DNA from: an uncultured Candidatus Poseidoniales archaeon
GTDB lineage: Archaea; Thermoplasmatota; Poseidoniia; Poseidoniales; Thalassarchaeaceae
Direction: 5' to 3'
Length of the DNA: 28,948 nt
NCBI GenBank assembly: GCA_964000875.1
Contig: CAXFCF010000001.1
Coordinates: 1-28,948 of the forward strand
The position numbers and the translations under genes are program-made. Each line of letters opens with the position of its first letter. Position 1 is the stretch's first letter. Of the stretch, positions 10,603-18,770 are shown in pieces. The notes under the pieces were generated by a model. That model searched no databases, had not been told where the DNA came from, and saw only the letters and a program-made list of their open reading frames with translations.

Positions 10603-10714
10603 AGGCGGTCCCTTTGGGACCGTACAACTTCTCGTATCAATCCTTTGTAGCGTCGTCATTACCCAGTGAACCGAAACAGTATCATTCCAGAGGCTCTCGA
10701 CAGGTTCGGTTACG

Positions 10715-11548
10715 ATGTCGTTGGGACGATCTTGGAAGAGCCTGAAAGCCGCAATTTCGAAGCCATTTTCCAATTGGTGGGAAGGTCAGAGAGCGAACCA
10801 TTTGCCGATTCTTGGGATGCTTACTTTCCTATCTGTTGCTCTTTTGATTTGGTCAATCGTTTTCTTCACCACATTCGCACCGAACGCGCAACAGGAGGCC
10901 AACGAATGGACAAAATTTGTTCCCGCAACTTGGGCGGGTGTTCTGTTATCGGTCATACTGATTATCTTCGTCGTTCCTGAGTTCTTCCACTACTACGGTA
11001 TCTACTCCAATTTGGTCGAATTGCTGGAGTCGACTTCCAAGGCCGATTTGAAGCGCAATGAGAAGGAGTTGAAGGAAGGCTCTGAGTTGCTCGGTGGTCT
11101 CTGGCCGGGAAGAGTAGCAGCCAAGCAGGTGGAGTTAGGTCTCAGGCGGGAGATTCCCAAGGAGTTGGCACTGCCCGACAGCGAGGGCGCTGAATGGCTG
11201 AAGACATGGATGAAGACCAAGGAATCACGACTTTCCAAGAGATTTTCCAACCAAGATCTTCTGAAAGATCCCGGAATCAATCGGATCTTCATTGGAGCCT
11301 CATTGATTGGATTGATTGGCTTCACCTACAACGCAATCTTCGGTGTTGCAAGAGAAACTGTTGATTCACCACGAAACATGTCGATAGACCTGACTTCGAT
11401 AGTCAGCGGTGGACCATACAACGCCACTTGGTCACCTAACTTGGACCTCGTATCTGGTCTTCTGATGGTTCTGCTTGCGGTCATCCTCTACCTCACAATG
11501 CCAGCCAGCACAGAATCGTCTGAATCAATATCGGACGAAGAGGAGTGA
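10715..11548 (+). CDS. Multi-pass membrane protein, possibly DUF3198-like
   Basis: About four hydrophobic helices. The IFVVPEFFHYY...ELLESTSKADL...L segment and the position next to an S26 peptidase are recalled from Thermoplasmatota genomes and not verified. Confidence 0.6.
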   Translation: MSLGRSWKSLKAAISKPFSNWWEGQRANHLPILGMLTFLSVALLIWSIVFFTTFAPNAQQEANEWTKFVPATWAGVLLSVILIIFVVPEFFHYYGIYSNLVELLESTSKADLKRNEKELKEGSELLGGLWPGRVAAKQVELGLRREIPKELALPDSEGAEWLKTWMKTKESRLSKRFSNQDLLKDPGINRIFIGASLIGLIGFTYNAIFGVARETVDSPRNMSIDLTSIVSGGPYNATWSPNLDLVSGLLMVLLAVILYLTMPASTESSESISDEEE

Positions 11549-12504
11549 TTGGGGCGAGCGAGATGGCCTCCGCCTTCGGCTGGTTGCGGGAGGCAGGTTT
11601 GGCCATTGGTCTGATATCATTACTAGTTCTCGGTTTGTGGGCTACTACTGGTTCCTTCCCTCCTATGGTGGTTGTCGAGTCGAAGTCGATGATGCACGCC
11701 GAAGATGGAGAGGTCGGAGCAATAGATCCAGGTGATTTGATTCTGGTCATGTCAACCGAGAGAAGAACCAAGATAGTCAGCTATGCCGAGGCGTTGGAAG
11801 TTGGTGGTGAGTTCTCGGGTTGGGAATCACATGGTGGCCCTGGTGATGTGATCATCTACAAGAAGAACGGAGGCGAAGATACTCCAGTTATTCATCGAGT
11901 ATTGCTGGGAGCGGTCGCCAATGGCACTGTTTCACCCAATGACAAGGATGCTGGTCTCTGCCCGCAGGGTTCCAGTTGGGATCCATTGTCACTAGATATT
12001 GACGGTACTCCCGGCACCTGCGTGGTCACTTGGGACGCTCCGGGTACGACCCTACGAGATGTTGAGAGCATAACTTGGACTTTCGAGGATTTCAATTGTC
12101 CCAGCAACCCACATGGGCTGATTATTCAAGAGTGGGATCCCGGACACGCGGGATATCTGACATTAGGTGACAACAACCGTTGCGATGTCGATCAAGGTTC
12201 GACCGCTTACCCATTGGCAGGCGGCTTGACCGATGAGCATGGAGACCGCGTACAAGCGGTGCGAAGTGATTGGATAGTTGGCGTAGCGGGGCCAGAGATT
12301 CCCTGGCTTGGCACAGTCAAGTTAGCTGCCTCAAACAACGCTGCACAGGTAACAGGGCACTCGTGGCGAATGCTTGCTCTGAGCGCTGCCATACTACTTG
12401 GTGGTACCATGGCGTTCGAGCGAGTCACGGAGAAGTTAATCCAATCGTCTCCAGATATATCTCAAGCCCAGAAGGAAGAGGCATCCTCGGACGAAGAGGA
12501 GTAA
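11545..12504 (+). CDS. Signal peptidase I (S26, archaeal/Sec11-type Ser-His) with large insertion
   Basis: TM followed by VVVESKSMMH (catalytic Ser), GDLI, TPVIHRV (His), LTLGDNN, and a C-terminal TM. Start is GTG 11545 (overlapping the upstream TGA) or ATG 11563. Confidence 0.88.
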   Translation: MIGASEMASAFGWLREAGLAIGLISLLVLGLWATTGSFPPMVVVESKSMMHAEDGEVGAIDPGDLILVMSTERRTKIVSYAEALEVGGEFSGWESHGGPGDVIIYKKNGGEDTPVIHRVLLGAVANGTVSPNDKDAGLCPQGSSWDPLSLDIDGTPGTCVVTWDAPGTTLRDVESITWTFEDFNCPSNPHGLIIQEWDPGHAGYLTLGDNNRCDVDQGSTAYPLAGGLTDEHGDRVQAVRSDWIVGVAGPEIPWLGTVKLAASNNAAQVTGHSWRMLALSAAILLGGTMAFERVTEKLIQSSPDISQAQKEEASSDEEE

Positions 12505-13998
12505 TCAGAAGAAGTACGGAGCGATGATTATCATCGCTATCATTCCCAATATAGTCAACGAAGAGTAGGCAGAAATCCTGTTAGCCATTCTTCTAACTTT
12601 CAACGGGTGAGTCTTGGTGAAGCGCTTGGAGAAGAACTCTAGGTAGTCGTGTATTCTGTCCCTTAGTAGATGCCCTCCATCGAACGGAACAAGTGGGATT
12701 AGGTTGGCGAAGCCCAGCAAGACATTCATCCAAGTCAACCAAAATAAGGCGTGAAGTAGAAACATTCCACCTTCCAACCCCAAAGGAGAGTGATTTTCAA
12801 CGAGATCCAATTCGTACGAATGCATCACCTCCCCCTTGTAGGTCAAAGGAGTGAGAACGATTTGCAACGGTTGTGTTACAAGACCTAGAGATACAGCACG
12901 GGGCGTCTTGGGATACTCCGATGCGAGAGGACCTGCCAGACGAGAGGTTCCTGCATCGTTTGATGCGAGTCCCACGACGCCTAGGAAAGCGTCACCCTCT
13001 TCGATACCATAGGCCTCCAAAACTAAGGGATCTGTACCTCCATCGATATAGTACTGATATTGGTCAGAAAGCACGACATCAAACGAACGTGATTCTCGCG
13101 AACCACTTTCGTCCGGCGTTCCTAATACAGTGAGAACAACGGAGTCTCCTGCAGATCTCTTGTCCATCTTGGCAACGAAATCATCCAGATTCTCAATCGA
13201 TTCGCCATCGATATGCGTTATTACTTCCCAAGGTTCCATGCCTGATTGCTCGGCAGGCTGCCCTTCCACCAGCCCTTCATAGTGTACTCCATCTATTGCT
13301 GGAACGAAAGTGTTGGCCACCATTGCCATCATCAGGAAACAGAGGAAACCACCGTAGATGTTGATTGATGGCCCCGCCGCGAACACACGTTGTCTTTCTC
13401 GTCTGGGAGCCTTGTGCAATTCGCTACTCTCTGGTTCTGCGAAGGCTCCTATCGGTACCAATCCGAGCATCAGCGCACCAAAGCTCCTGACTCTCATGCC
13501 ATGCGCGCGAACGACGATGCCATGACCATACTCATGAGCCACCAGTGTGACTATCAGAGCAAATATTCCCCAACCTAGAGGTATCGTTGGGGTGATGCCG
13601 GGAATAAGAATCAGTTCACCAGGAGAGGCGGGTTCTACTTTGCCAGGGTTTAGCATAGTTAGGATAAATGTCAAAATGAAGAAGATGAGGACGATTGCGC
13701 TCGCCACACGACAAGTCCAGAGGCTTAATTCTCCAAATGCACGCCACGCTCTCTTTGGACGGGAGATGAACTCCAATGCTCCCTGTCCACGCTTGGTTCG
13801 AATCATCAGTATGACACCGAACAACCGTGTGGCTTTCCATCGATCTAGGGTTCCGTTATCCTCTAGTCGTTTGAGCAAGAAGTACCAGACGATTACACCG
13901 GTCAGGGACCAGTGAATCTGGAAGGCTAGTATCACCATCAAAAGGGGTATGAGATACTTGATTAGCCCCGCCGGCTCATCCGCATCTTGGTCGTCCAC
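12505..13998 (-). CDS. Site-2 protease (M50 intramembrane metalloprotease) with PDZ domain
   Basis: AHEYGH (HExxH), AAGPSIN, NLIPLVPFDGG and PDZ-like PAEQSGMEPWEVITHIDGESI. GTG start. Confidence 0.92.
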   Translation of the reverse strand: MDDQDADEPAGLIKYLIPLLMVILAFQIHWSLTGVIVWYFLLKRLEDNGTLDRWKATRLFGVILMIRTKRGQGALEFISRPKRAWRAFGELSLWTCRVASAIVLIFFILTFILTMLNPGKVEPASPGELILIPGITPTIPLGWGIFALIVTLVAHEYGHGIVVRAHGMRVRSFGALMLGLVPIGAFAEPESSELHKAPRRERQRVFAAGPSINIYGGFLCFLMMAMVANTFVPAIDGVHYEGLVEGQPAEQSGMEPWEVITHIDGESIENLDDFVAKMDKRSAGDSVVLTVLGTPDESGSRESRSFDVVLSDQYQYYIDGGTDPLVLEAYGIEEGDAFLGVVGLASNDAGTSRLAGPLASEYPKTPRAVSLGLVTQPLQIVLTPLTYKGEVMHSYELDLVENHSPLGLEGGMFLLHALFWLTWMNVLLGFANLIPLVPFDGGHLLRDRIHDYLEFFSKRFTKTHPLKVRRMANRISAYSSLTILGMIAMIIIAPYFF

Positions 13999-14088
13999 GA
14001 ATCCCCCTCAAACCACTCGCCTTTCAAACTGACCTTGCAGGACTTGGTCGCCAAAGGCGTAAAATCGGAGGGGATTCAGCCAGAGTCA

Positions 14089-14265
14089 ATGGGCGATGCG
14101 AAACCGATTGAGGGGAAGGGCGTTGAGGGCAGGTTGTCCGATTTGAAGCGCAAGGCGGATAGTATCCGTAGAAGTCTCGATCAAGCGTCCCTCGTCCGCG
14201 TCGCTCGTGAAGTAGAGCAGCAGGAGAAGGCAATCGAAGGTGTTGCCTCTGAATTGATTGGCTAG
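14089..14265 (+). CDS. Small hypothetical coiled-coil protein (58 aa)
   Basis: ATG 14089 follows GGAGGGG and fills the gap between two minus-strand genes. Heptad-like RLSDLKRKADSIRRSLDQ...VEQQEKAIE. Its stop overlaps the hjc stop (CTAG). Confidence 0.45.
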   Translation: MGDAKPIEGKGVEGRLSDLKRKADSIRRSLDQASLVRVAREVEQQEKAIEGVASELIG

Positions 14266-14897
14266 AGATGGAACCTGTCCATCCAAGCCGGCTCAGGCTC
14301 TGTTTGCTCAACCTTTGGTTCATTTTTCTGTAGCGTCCCATCGATTTTCGCCCGTAGGCTCGCTGCTGTCTGGTCGTAGCTCTGTTCATCTCGACAGAGC
14401 AGGGCGAGGAACTTGTGCAGCGGTAGTCCTTGATCCCAATCGAGGTATGGTCGTCCATGTTTTGTCAAAGGAAGTTCAGGGATGCTACGGGCAAGGACAG
14501 CGAGTGGCCCTTGCAGGGTGGTAGTCTCTACTCTGAGGATTCTCCAAGAATCACCACGAACACCCTTCAATCGCATCGCGTACAGAGGCATTAGGCCACA
14601 ATTATCGCCATGTTTAGCCAAGTCGAGATATTGCTCCCATGTCCGTCCCGAGAGGTACACCTTGCGATCCTTGGTTGTCTTAACCTCGATTGGGAAGGAC
14701 ACATCCCCTCTCAAAGCGACGATGTCACCAGCTCCTGCAGTACCACTTCCAGCAGCTCGAACTACCAGAAACGGACGACGAATAACCTGCATCGCCTTTG
14801 CCTTCTCGGTGGGTGTACAACTTCTGGTGACCGCCCTTACGCCATCTGGGCTACCAGAGAGTACTGCGCGTAACTCCCTCTCGTAACTGGATGCCAT
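14262..14897 (-). CDS. hjc: Archaeal Holliday junction resolvase Hjc-like nuclease
   Basis: SSYERELRAVL, VVRAAGSG, GDIVAL and PIEVKT match the Hjc PD-(D/E)xK signature. Start set at MASSYERE (14897); the alternative is 14921. Confidence 0.8.
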   Translation of the reverse strand: MASSYERELRAVLSGSPDGVRAVTRSCTPTEKAKAMQVIRRPFLVVRAAGSGTAGAGDIVALRGDVSFPIEVKTTKDRKVYLSGRTWEQYLDLAKHGDNCGLMPLYAMRLKGVRGDSWRILRVETTTLQGPLAVLARSIPELPLTKHGRPYLDWDQGLPLHKFLALLCRDEQSYDQTAASLRAKIDGTLQKNEPKVEQTEPEPAWMDRFHL

Positions 14898-15005
14898 CAA
14901 GAGAGACGGAACACCATCCATTCAAGATGGCATCGGAGGACATCCCATCTGTGAGTATGTTTTACTCACCGTTCTGGATGATTCATCTAACTAAGAGCAC
15001 AATCA

Positions 15006-15800
15006 TTGACAAAGGCCAGACACCTACGGATGTTCGTGGGAGCACTTCTGATCAGGACAGCTGACTTCAAGTTGGCATACCGCCTGATGAAAGCAATGCG
15101 TTCACGAGGCATTGATTTCCTTCAAATCGCAGCTAACCAACCTCTTCCTGAAGGCTGTTTGGTATGGTTTGGAACACCAGAGGAGGTATCACAATCCAAC
15201 ATAGGGTTGGGTGTCGCCTGCTCCCTCGGTGATGTCAACTTGGCAATTGAAAGAGCAGTTCACCTCTCTGTCCAGAGAGATCCAGCGGAACTTCTCTCAT
15301 TCGGAGTTGATCCAGGTCCACGCCCAGGTTTAGCATGGAATGTAGACGGTCGTCCATTGGGCGTCGAACAGATGGAGGATGTCGATGCGACCATCGATCG
15401 GATATGTGATCTGAAACGTTCGATACCTCACCGCCAAGTTGTCGTCAGGGTTGGTGACGGTTCTCCGACCATAGGTGCACGAATGGCCAATGTGTGCATT
15501 GCCCGTGGGATTAAGGTGGAAATGGTAGACGAACACAGTACTTCAATCGGATTAAGGAGGCATGAACATCGTGCTGCCGCTGCCAGAATCGCCATGATTC
15601 CTGGAGTCGAGGTTCAATCCAAGAAGAAAGTCAAGCCTTCCGAAGGTGAGGTGCGAGAGGTTCAGAGAATGAGTAGAAGGGAGAGTCAAGGAAGAATCAC
15701 CCTTCCAATTGATCTTGCCCAAGCGGTGGCTGTAGGTCGGCTTTCCATGCAGGAAGCTATTGAGACCCACTCTTCTCGATCTAGTCCTCTGGAACAGTAA
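15006..15800 (+). CDS. Conserved hypothetical protein with RNase H-like (YqgF/RuvC-type) domain
   Basis: FGVDPGPRPGLAW strand pair, VRVGDG, VDEHSTS and AAARIA helix. Start uncertain (TTG 15006 or ATG 15030). Confidence 0.6.
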   Translation: MTKARHLRMFVGALLIRTADFKLAYRLMKAMRSRGIDFLQIAANQPLPEGCLVWFGTPEEVSQSNIGLGVACSLGDVNLAIERAVHLSVQRDPAELLSFGVDPGPRPGLAWNVDGRPLGVEQMEDVDATIDRICDLKRSIPHRQVVVRVGDGSPTIGARMANVCIARGIKVEMVDEHSTSIGLRRHEHRAAAARIAMIPGVEVQSKKKVKPSEGEVREVQRMSRRESQGRITLPIDLAQAVAVGRLSMQEAIETHSSRSSPLEQ

Positions 15801-15841
15801 CCGTTCGGCTCAAGTGAACGCGCCTTTTCGTTAAATCCCAC

Positions 15842-15913
15842 GCGAGCATGGTCTAGTGGTTATGACTGTAGGTTCCCAACCTGCAAACGCGGGTTCGATT
15901 CCCGCTGTTCGCA
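15842..15913 (+). tRNA. tRNA-Gly(CCC)
   Basis: Acceptor GCGAGCA/TGTTCGC, D-loop AGTGGTT, anticodon stem GTAGG/CCTGC with loop TTCCCAA, T arm GCGGG-TTCGATT-CCCGC. No intron and no encoded CCA. Confidence 0.95.
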
Positions 15914-15923
15914 TTCCATCGTC

Positions 15924-16373
15924 CTATTCACTGTTCATCTCAAAGTCTTGGTCGCGAGTGAGAATCACTCCAATCAGAATACCCAGTGGTGCAACCATCA
16001 TGCAAAGCAGTAGGGTAGGCATCGACATCCATATTGGCCGGTCATGCTCCACCATCCTCTTCCAAATCCAGCGTCCACCAAGGGTGTCTAGAGCTAGCAT
16101 GTGGAGCCAAGCTAACATGATAGCAGTCTCGTCATCAAAGAACTCTACTACTAATTCGGGAGTAGGCATCTGAGATCCGAAGATTAGGAAGACATCAACG
16201 ATTTCTGGGATTACCAGTATTGTGTAAGGTACGGTCAGGGGTACGATGCAGTACCACGGATTACTCAACACCTTCTGGGTAACCTCATGTTTTGGAACGA
16301 ACCACATCATTATCCAGATGGGTACAATCATAATACTCGAGATCCAGAACATCGCAACTTCCAGTGACACCAT
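15924..16373 (-). CDS. ABA4-like/DUF4281 membrane protein
   Basis: About four TM helices with AWLHMLALDTLGGRWIW and PTLLLCMMVAPLG, matching the ABA4-family W-H-LA-D...GRWI and P-L-L-M-GP-G pattern. Confidence 0.8.
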   Translation of the reverse strand: MVSLEVAMFWISSIMIVPIWIMMWFVPKHEVTQKVLSNPWYCIVPLTVPYTILVIPEIVDVFLIFGSQMPTPELVVEFFDDETAIMLAWLHMLALDTLGGRWIWKRMVEHDRPIWMSMPTLLLCMMVAPLGILIGVILTRDQDFEMNSE

Positions 16374-16474
16374 TTTCTTCCCTTCCTTTCTACGATCTTC
16401 TAGTCAACTGTATTGAGATTCTCCTTCGATGGTTGAACGAATGCCGTATTGAGTTCCAACTGAGTTCACCCGTT

Positions 16475-17038
16475 TCAACTAATGTATGTTTTCAGGCTGA
16501 CGGAGGCGGGCACCTTAGGGGGCTCACTGAAACCAAAACATGCTGTATTCTCAAATGGCTTACTTTCACCGAGGTCAACCTGCCCCAATCGTGCCTCCAC
16601 CTGTGACACCCGTGAGAGTGATCTAACGGAATACCACGCTTTACGTTGATTCTTCGTTCGACCATGTGTCTTGGTTCCAAACAACAACCTGCCAAAGAAT
16701 GCCTCTACCGTGGCTACAAACCAAAGCGGTCTCCAGAAGGGAATTGGCAAAGTGAATCCCCATGACATGCTGACATGCAGGTCACCCGCCTTAACCGAGA
16801 TTGATTTCTCTCTTCGTTCAACTTCCAAATCAACTATTCTAACTTCTTCGAAGTTGTAGAGATTGGAGACGAGTTCGGCATGCTCTTTCGATGGGGAAAA
16901 CAGGAGCCTAGTACCATCGGACTTTGCAACCATTACATTCGTGAAGCTGCCCAATTTCGATTCTTGCCAATCTCCTATGACGATTCTATCGCCACTTGAG
17001 AAACCAGATGAGGTGATTCGCCCTCTAAAGATGTCCAT
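16475..17038 (-). CDS. Conserved hypothetical protein, beta-rich
   Basis: Clean 187-aa ORF directly downstream of crtI with GAGGT SD. FRGRITSSGFSSGDRIVIGDW...TYNF-type pattern recalls actinobacterial hypotheticals (from memory, unverified). Confidence 0.65.
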   Translation of the reverse strand: MDIFRGRITSSGFSSGDRIVIGDWQESKLGSFTNVMVAKSDGTRLLFSPSKEHAELVSNLYNFEEVRIVDLEVERREKSISVKAGDLHVSMSWGFTLPIPFWRPLWFVATVEAFFGRLLFGTKTHGRTKNQRKAWYSVRSLSRVSQVEARLGQVDLGESKPFENTACFGFSEPPKVPASVSLKTYIS

Positions 17039-17098
17039 GTGGTGACCTCAATCTATCGATTTGAATTCAGCAATCACCTTCTGTAGAACCTGTTTGGA

Positions 17099-18721
17099 TC
17101 ATGAAGGAGTGCCTTGTGCTGATTCATTCAGTCGAGCTCTGTTGATTCGATACTTCTTGCGTATCGATCTAGGTAGTCGCATCGTCGGGAACCATGTTTC
17201 CACACCGTTCCAGTCTGGAACAATGCCAAGATCAGCGCAGATTAGTTTACTGGATATTCTTCCACTCTCGTAGATGGTTGGAAGGCCACTTCCCGGATGC
17301 GTCCCACCACCGACGATGTACACATTCTCAAATTCCTCAAAGCGATTGTTAGGGCGCATCCAAAGCATCTGTGGTATCGTGTGTGCCAAGTTAAAGACAG
17401 CACCTCGGTAGATGCTTCTCTCCCCCCAATCCTTTGGAGTTACGATTGTCTCCGATACGATGTGTTCTGCTATGTTATCGAAGCCTAATTTCTCCATCTG
17501 TTCGACGATAACATCTCTGTATTCCTGCTTTACTTCATCCCAATTGATGTCATGCTTGGTGTTGGGTACAGGCACTAGGACATAGAGGGTTGAGTGCCCT
17601 TCGGGAGCCATTCCTGGATCGGTGACACAAGCGTTCTGAACATATATCGAAGGGTCATCCCAAGGCACATCACCGTCGACGATTGCATCTAGATTGGATT
17701 CATAGTCCTCTGCAGCATATATCTGGTGATGGGGTTGGTCGTCATACAACTTGTCGACACCTAGGTAGAGCATGAAAGTTGAACATGAATAGCCCTTCTG
17801 ATCGAGCTTTTTGTTGCTCCACTTCTTTCGCTTACTATCAGGCACGAGTCCCTTCATTGCGGTAGCGAAATCTGCATTGACCACGACTTTGTCAGCGAGA
17901 AATGTTCCCTTTGATGTTCTGACTCCCTTGATGACGCGACTCTTTTCGTTCTCGAAAACCATCTCTTCCACTTTCTCACCAAGGCGGATCTCAACTCCCA
18001 TCTCCCTTGCGATATTTGCCATCCTCTCCGAGATTTCTCCTAAGCCACCTTCTGCGTGGTAAACCCCGTGAGCGTACTCCAGATACGACAGTATGGTGAA
18101 CAGAGAGGGTGCATGGAACGGGCTCATTCCCAGATACTTAGTTTGGAAACTCATAGCGAGCCTCACTCTGGGATCAGGGAAGTCTCTCTGAAGATCCGAT
18201 GCGACCGTCCTCCAGGGTTTCAATACCGTGGCTACACCCATTGCTCTGCGGCTGAACACATCGGTGATTGAGTTCCAAGGTGATTGAAGAGAATCTCTTG
18301 CGCGATTGAGTTTCTTCCTGTTCTGCAAGATGTATTTCTTGAATCCCTCAGCGTTCTCGTCGTCAGATAATTCACGGATCCTCTCAGTCATAGCTTCAAG
18401 GTCGCAAGTAGCATCAATCGAGCCACCTGCACCGAACACCAAACGGTAGTTAGGATCTACAGGAATAAGCTTCAGATCTTTGTGAGCATCCCTACCGATG
18501 GCTTGGAAGATTTCCTCTATGACTTCCGGGAAATGGAAGAAGGTTGGCCCATTGTCGAACTTGTATCCATCTTTTTCCCAGATGTGTGTCCTTCCTCCAA
18601 CCATTTCCTCCTTCTCGATGATGGTTACATCGATTCCAGATTGGGCAAGTAGTAGTGAGGACGCCAGTCCTCCAGGTCCAGCTCCAACGATGATTACCTT
18701 GTGTTTCGCGTCCGCAGGCAT
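17099..18721 (-). CDS. crtI: Phytoene desaturase, CrtI family
   Basis: FAD-binding VIIVGAGPGGL...EK...GGR, FDNGPT, YAHGVYHAEGG, SCSTFMLYLG and C-terminal VYIVGGGTHPGSGLPTIYESG signature. Confidence 0.9.
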   Translation of the reverse strand: MPADAKHKVIIVGAGPGGLASSLLLAQSGIDVTIIEKEEMVGGRTHIWEKDGYKFDNGPTFFHFPEVIEEIFQAIGRDAHKDLKLIPVDPNYRLVFGAGGSIDATCDLEAMTERIRELSDDENAEGFKKYILQNRKKLNRARDSLQSPWNSITDVFSRRAMGVATVLKPWRTVASDLQRDFPDPRVRLAMSFQTKYLGMSPFHAPSLFTILSYLEYAHGVYHAEGGLGEISERMANIAREMGVEIRLGEKVEEMVFENEKSRVIKGVRTSKGTFLADKVVVNADFATAMKGLVPDSKRKKWSNKKLDQKGYSCSTFMLYLGVDKLYDDQPHHQIYAAEDYESNLDAIVDGDVPWDDPSIYVQNACVTDPGMAPEGHSTLYVLVPVPNTKHDINWDEVKQEYRDVIVEQMEKLGFDNIAEHIVSETIVTPKDWGERSIYRGAVFNLAHTIPQMLWMRPNNRFEEFENVYIVGGGTHPGSGLPTIYESGRISSKLICADLGIVPDWNGVETWFPTMRLPRSIRKKYRINRARLNESAQGTPS

Positions 18722-18744
18722 GCGAGTGATTGTTCCTCATTTGC

Positions 18745-18761
18745 TTATAATGTGGTGTTTT
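18745..18761 (-). promoter_or_regulatory. BRE/TATA promoter of crtI (AAAACACCACATTATAA)
   Basis: TTATAA ends 24 nt before ATG 18721, consistent with a leaderless archaeal transcript. 16/17 identical to the photolyase promoter. Confidence 0.75.
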
Positions 18762-18770
18762 TCATCTGCT

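Noticed and set aside
10603-10773. 57-aa N-terminal extension of the surface protein in the ORF track
   Set aside because: It overlaps the divergent gene and precedes a clear signal peptide beginning at ATG 10602.
14024-14458. 144-aa minus-strand ORF
   Set aside because: Overlaps hjc out of frame with low-complexity composition; the plus-strand 58-aa ORF explains the gap better.
16374-16474. 100-nt gap with GTATTGAG repeated twice and a weak GTTGAA/TTCAAC stem
   Set aside because: The repeats are too short and irregular for CRISPR, a terminator or an sRNA call.
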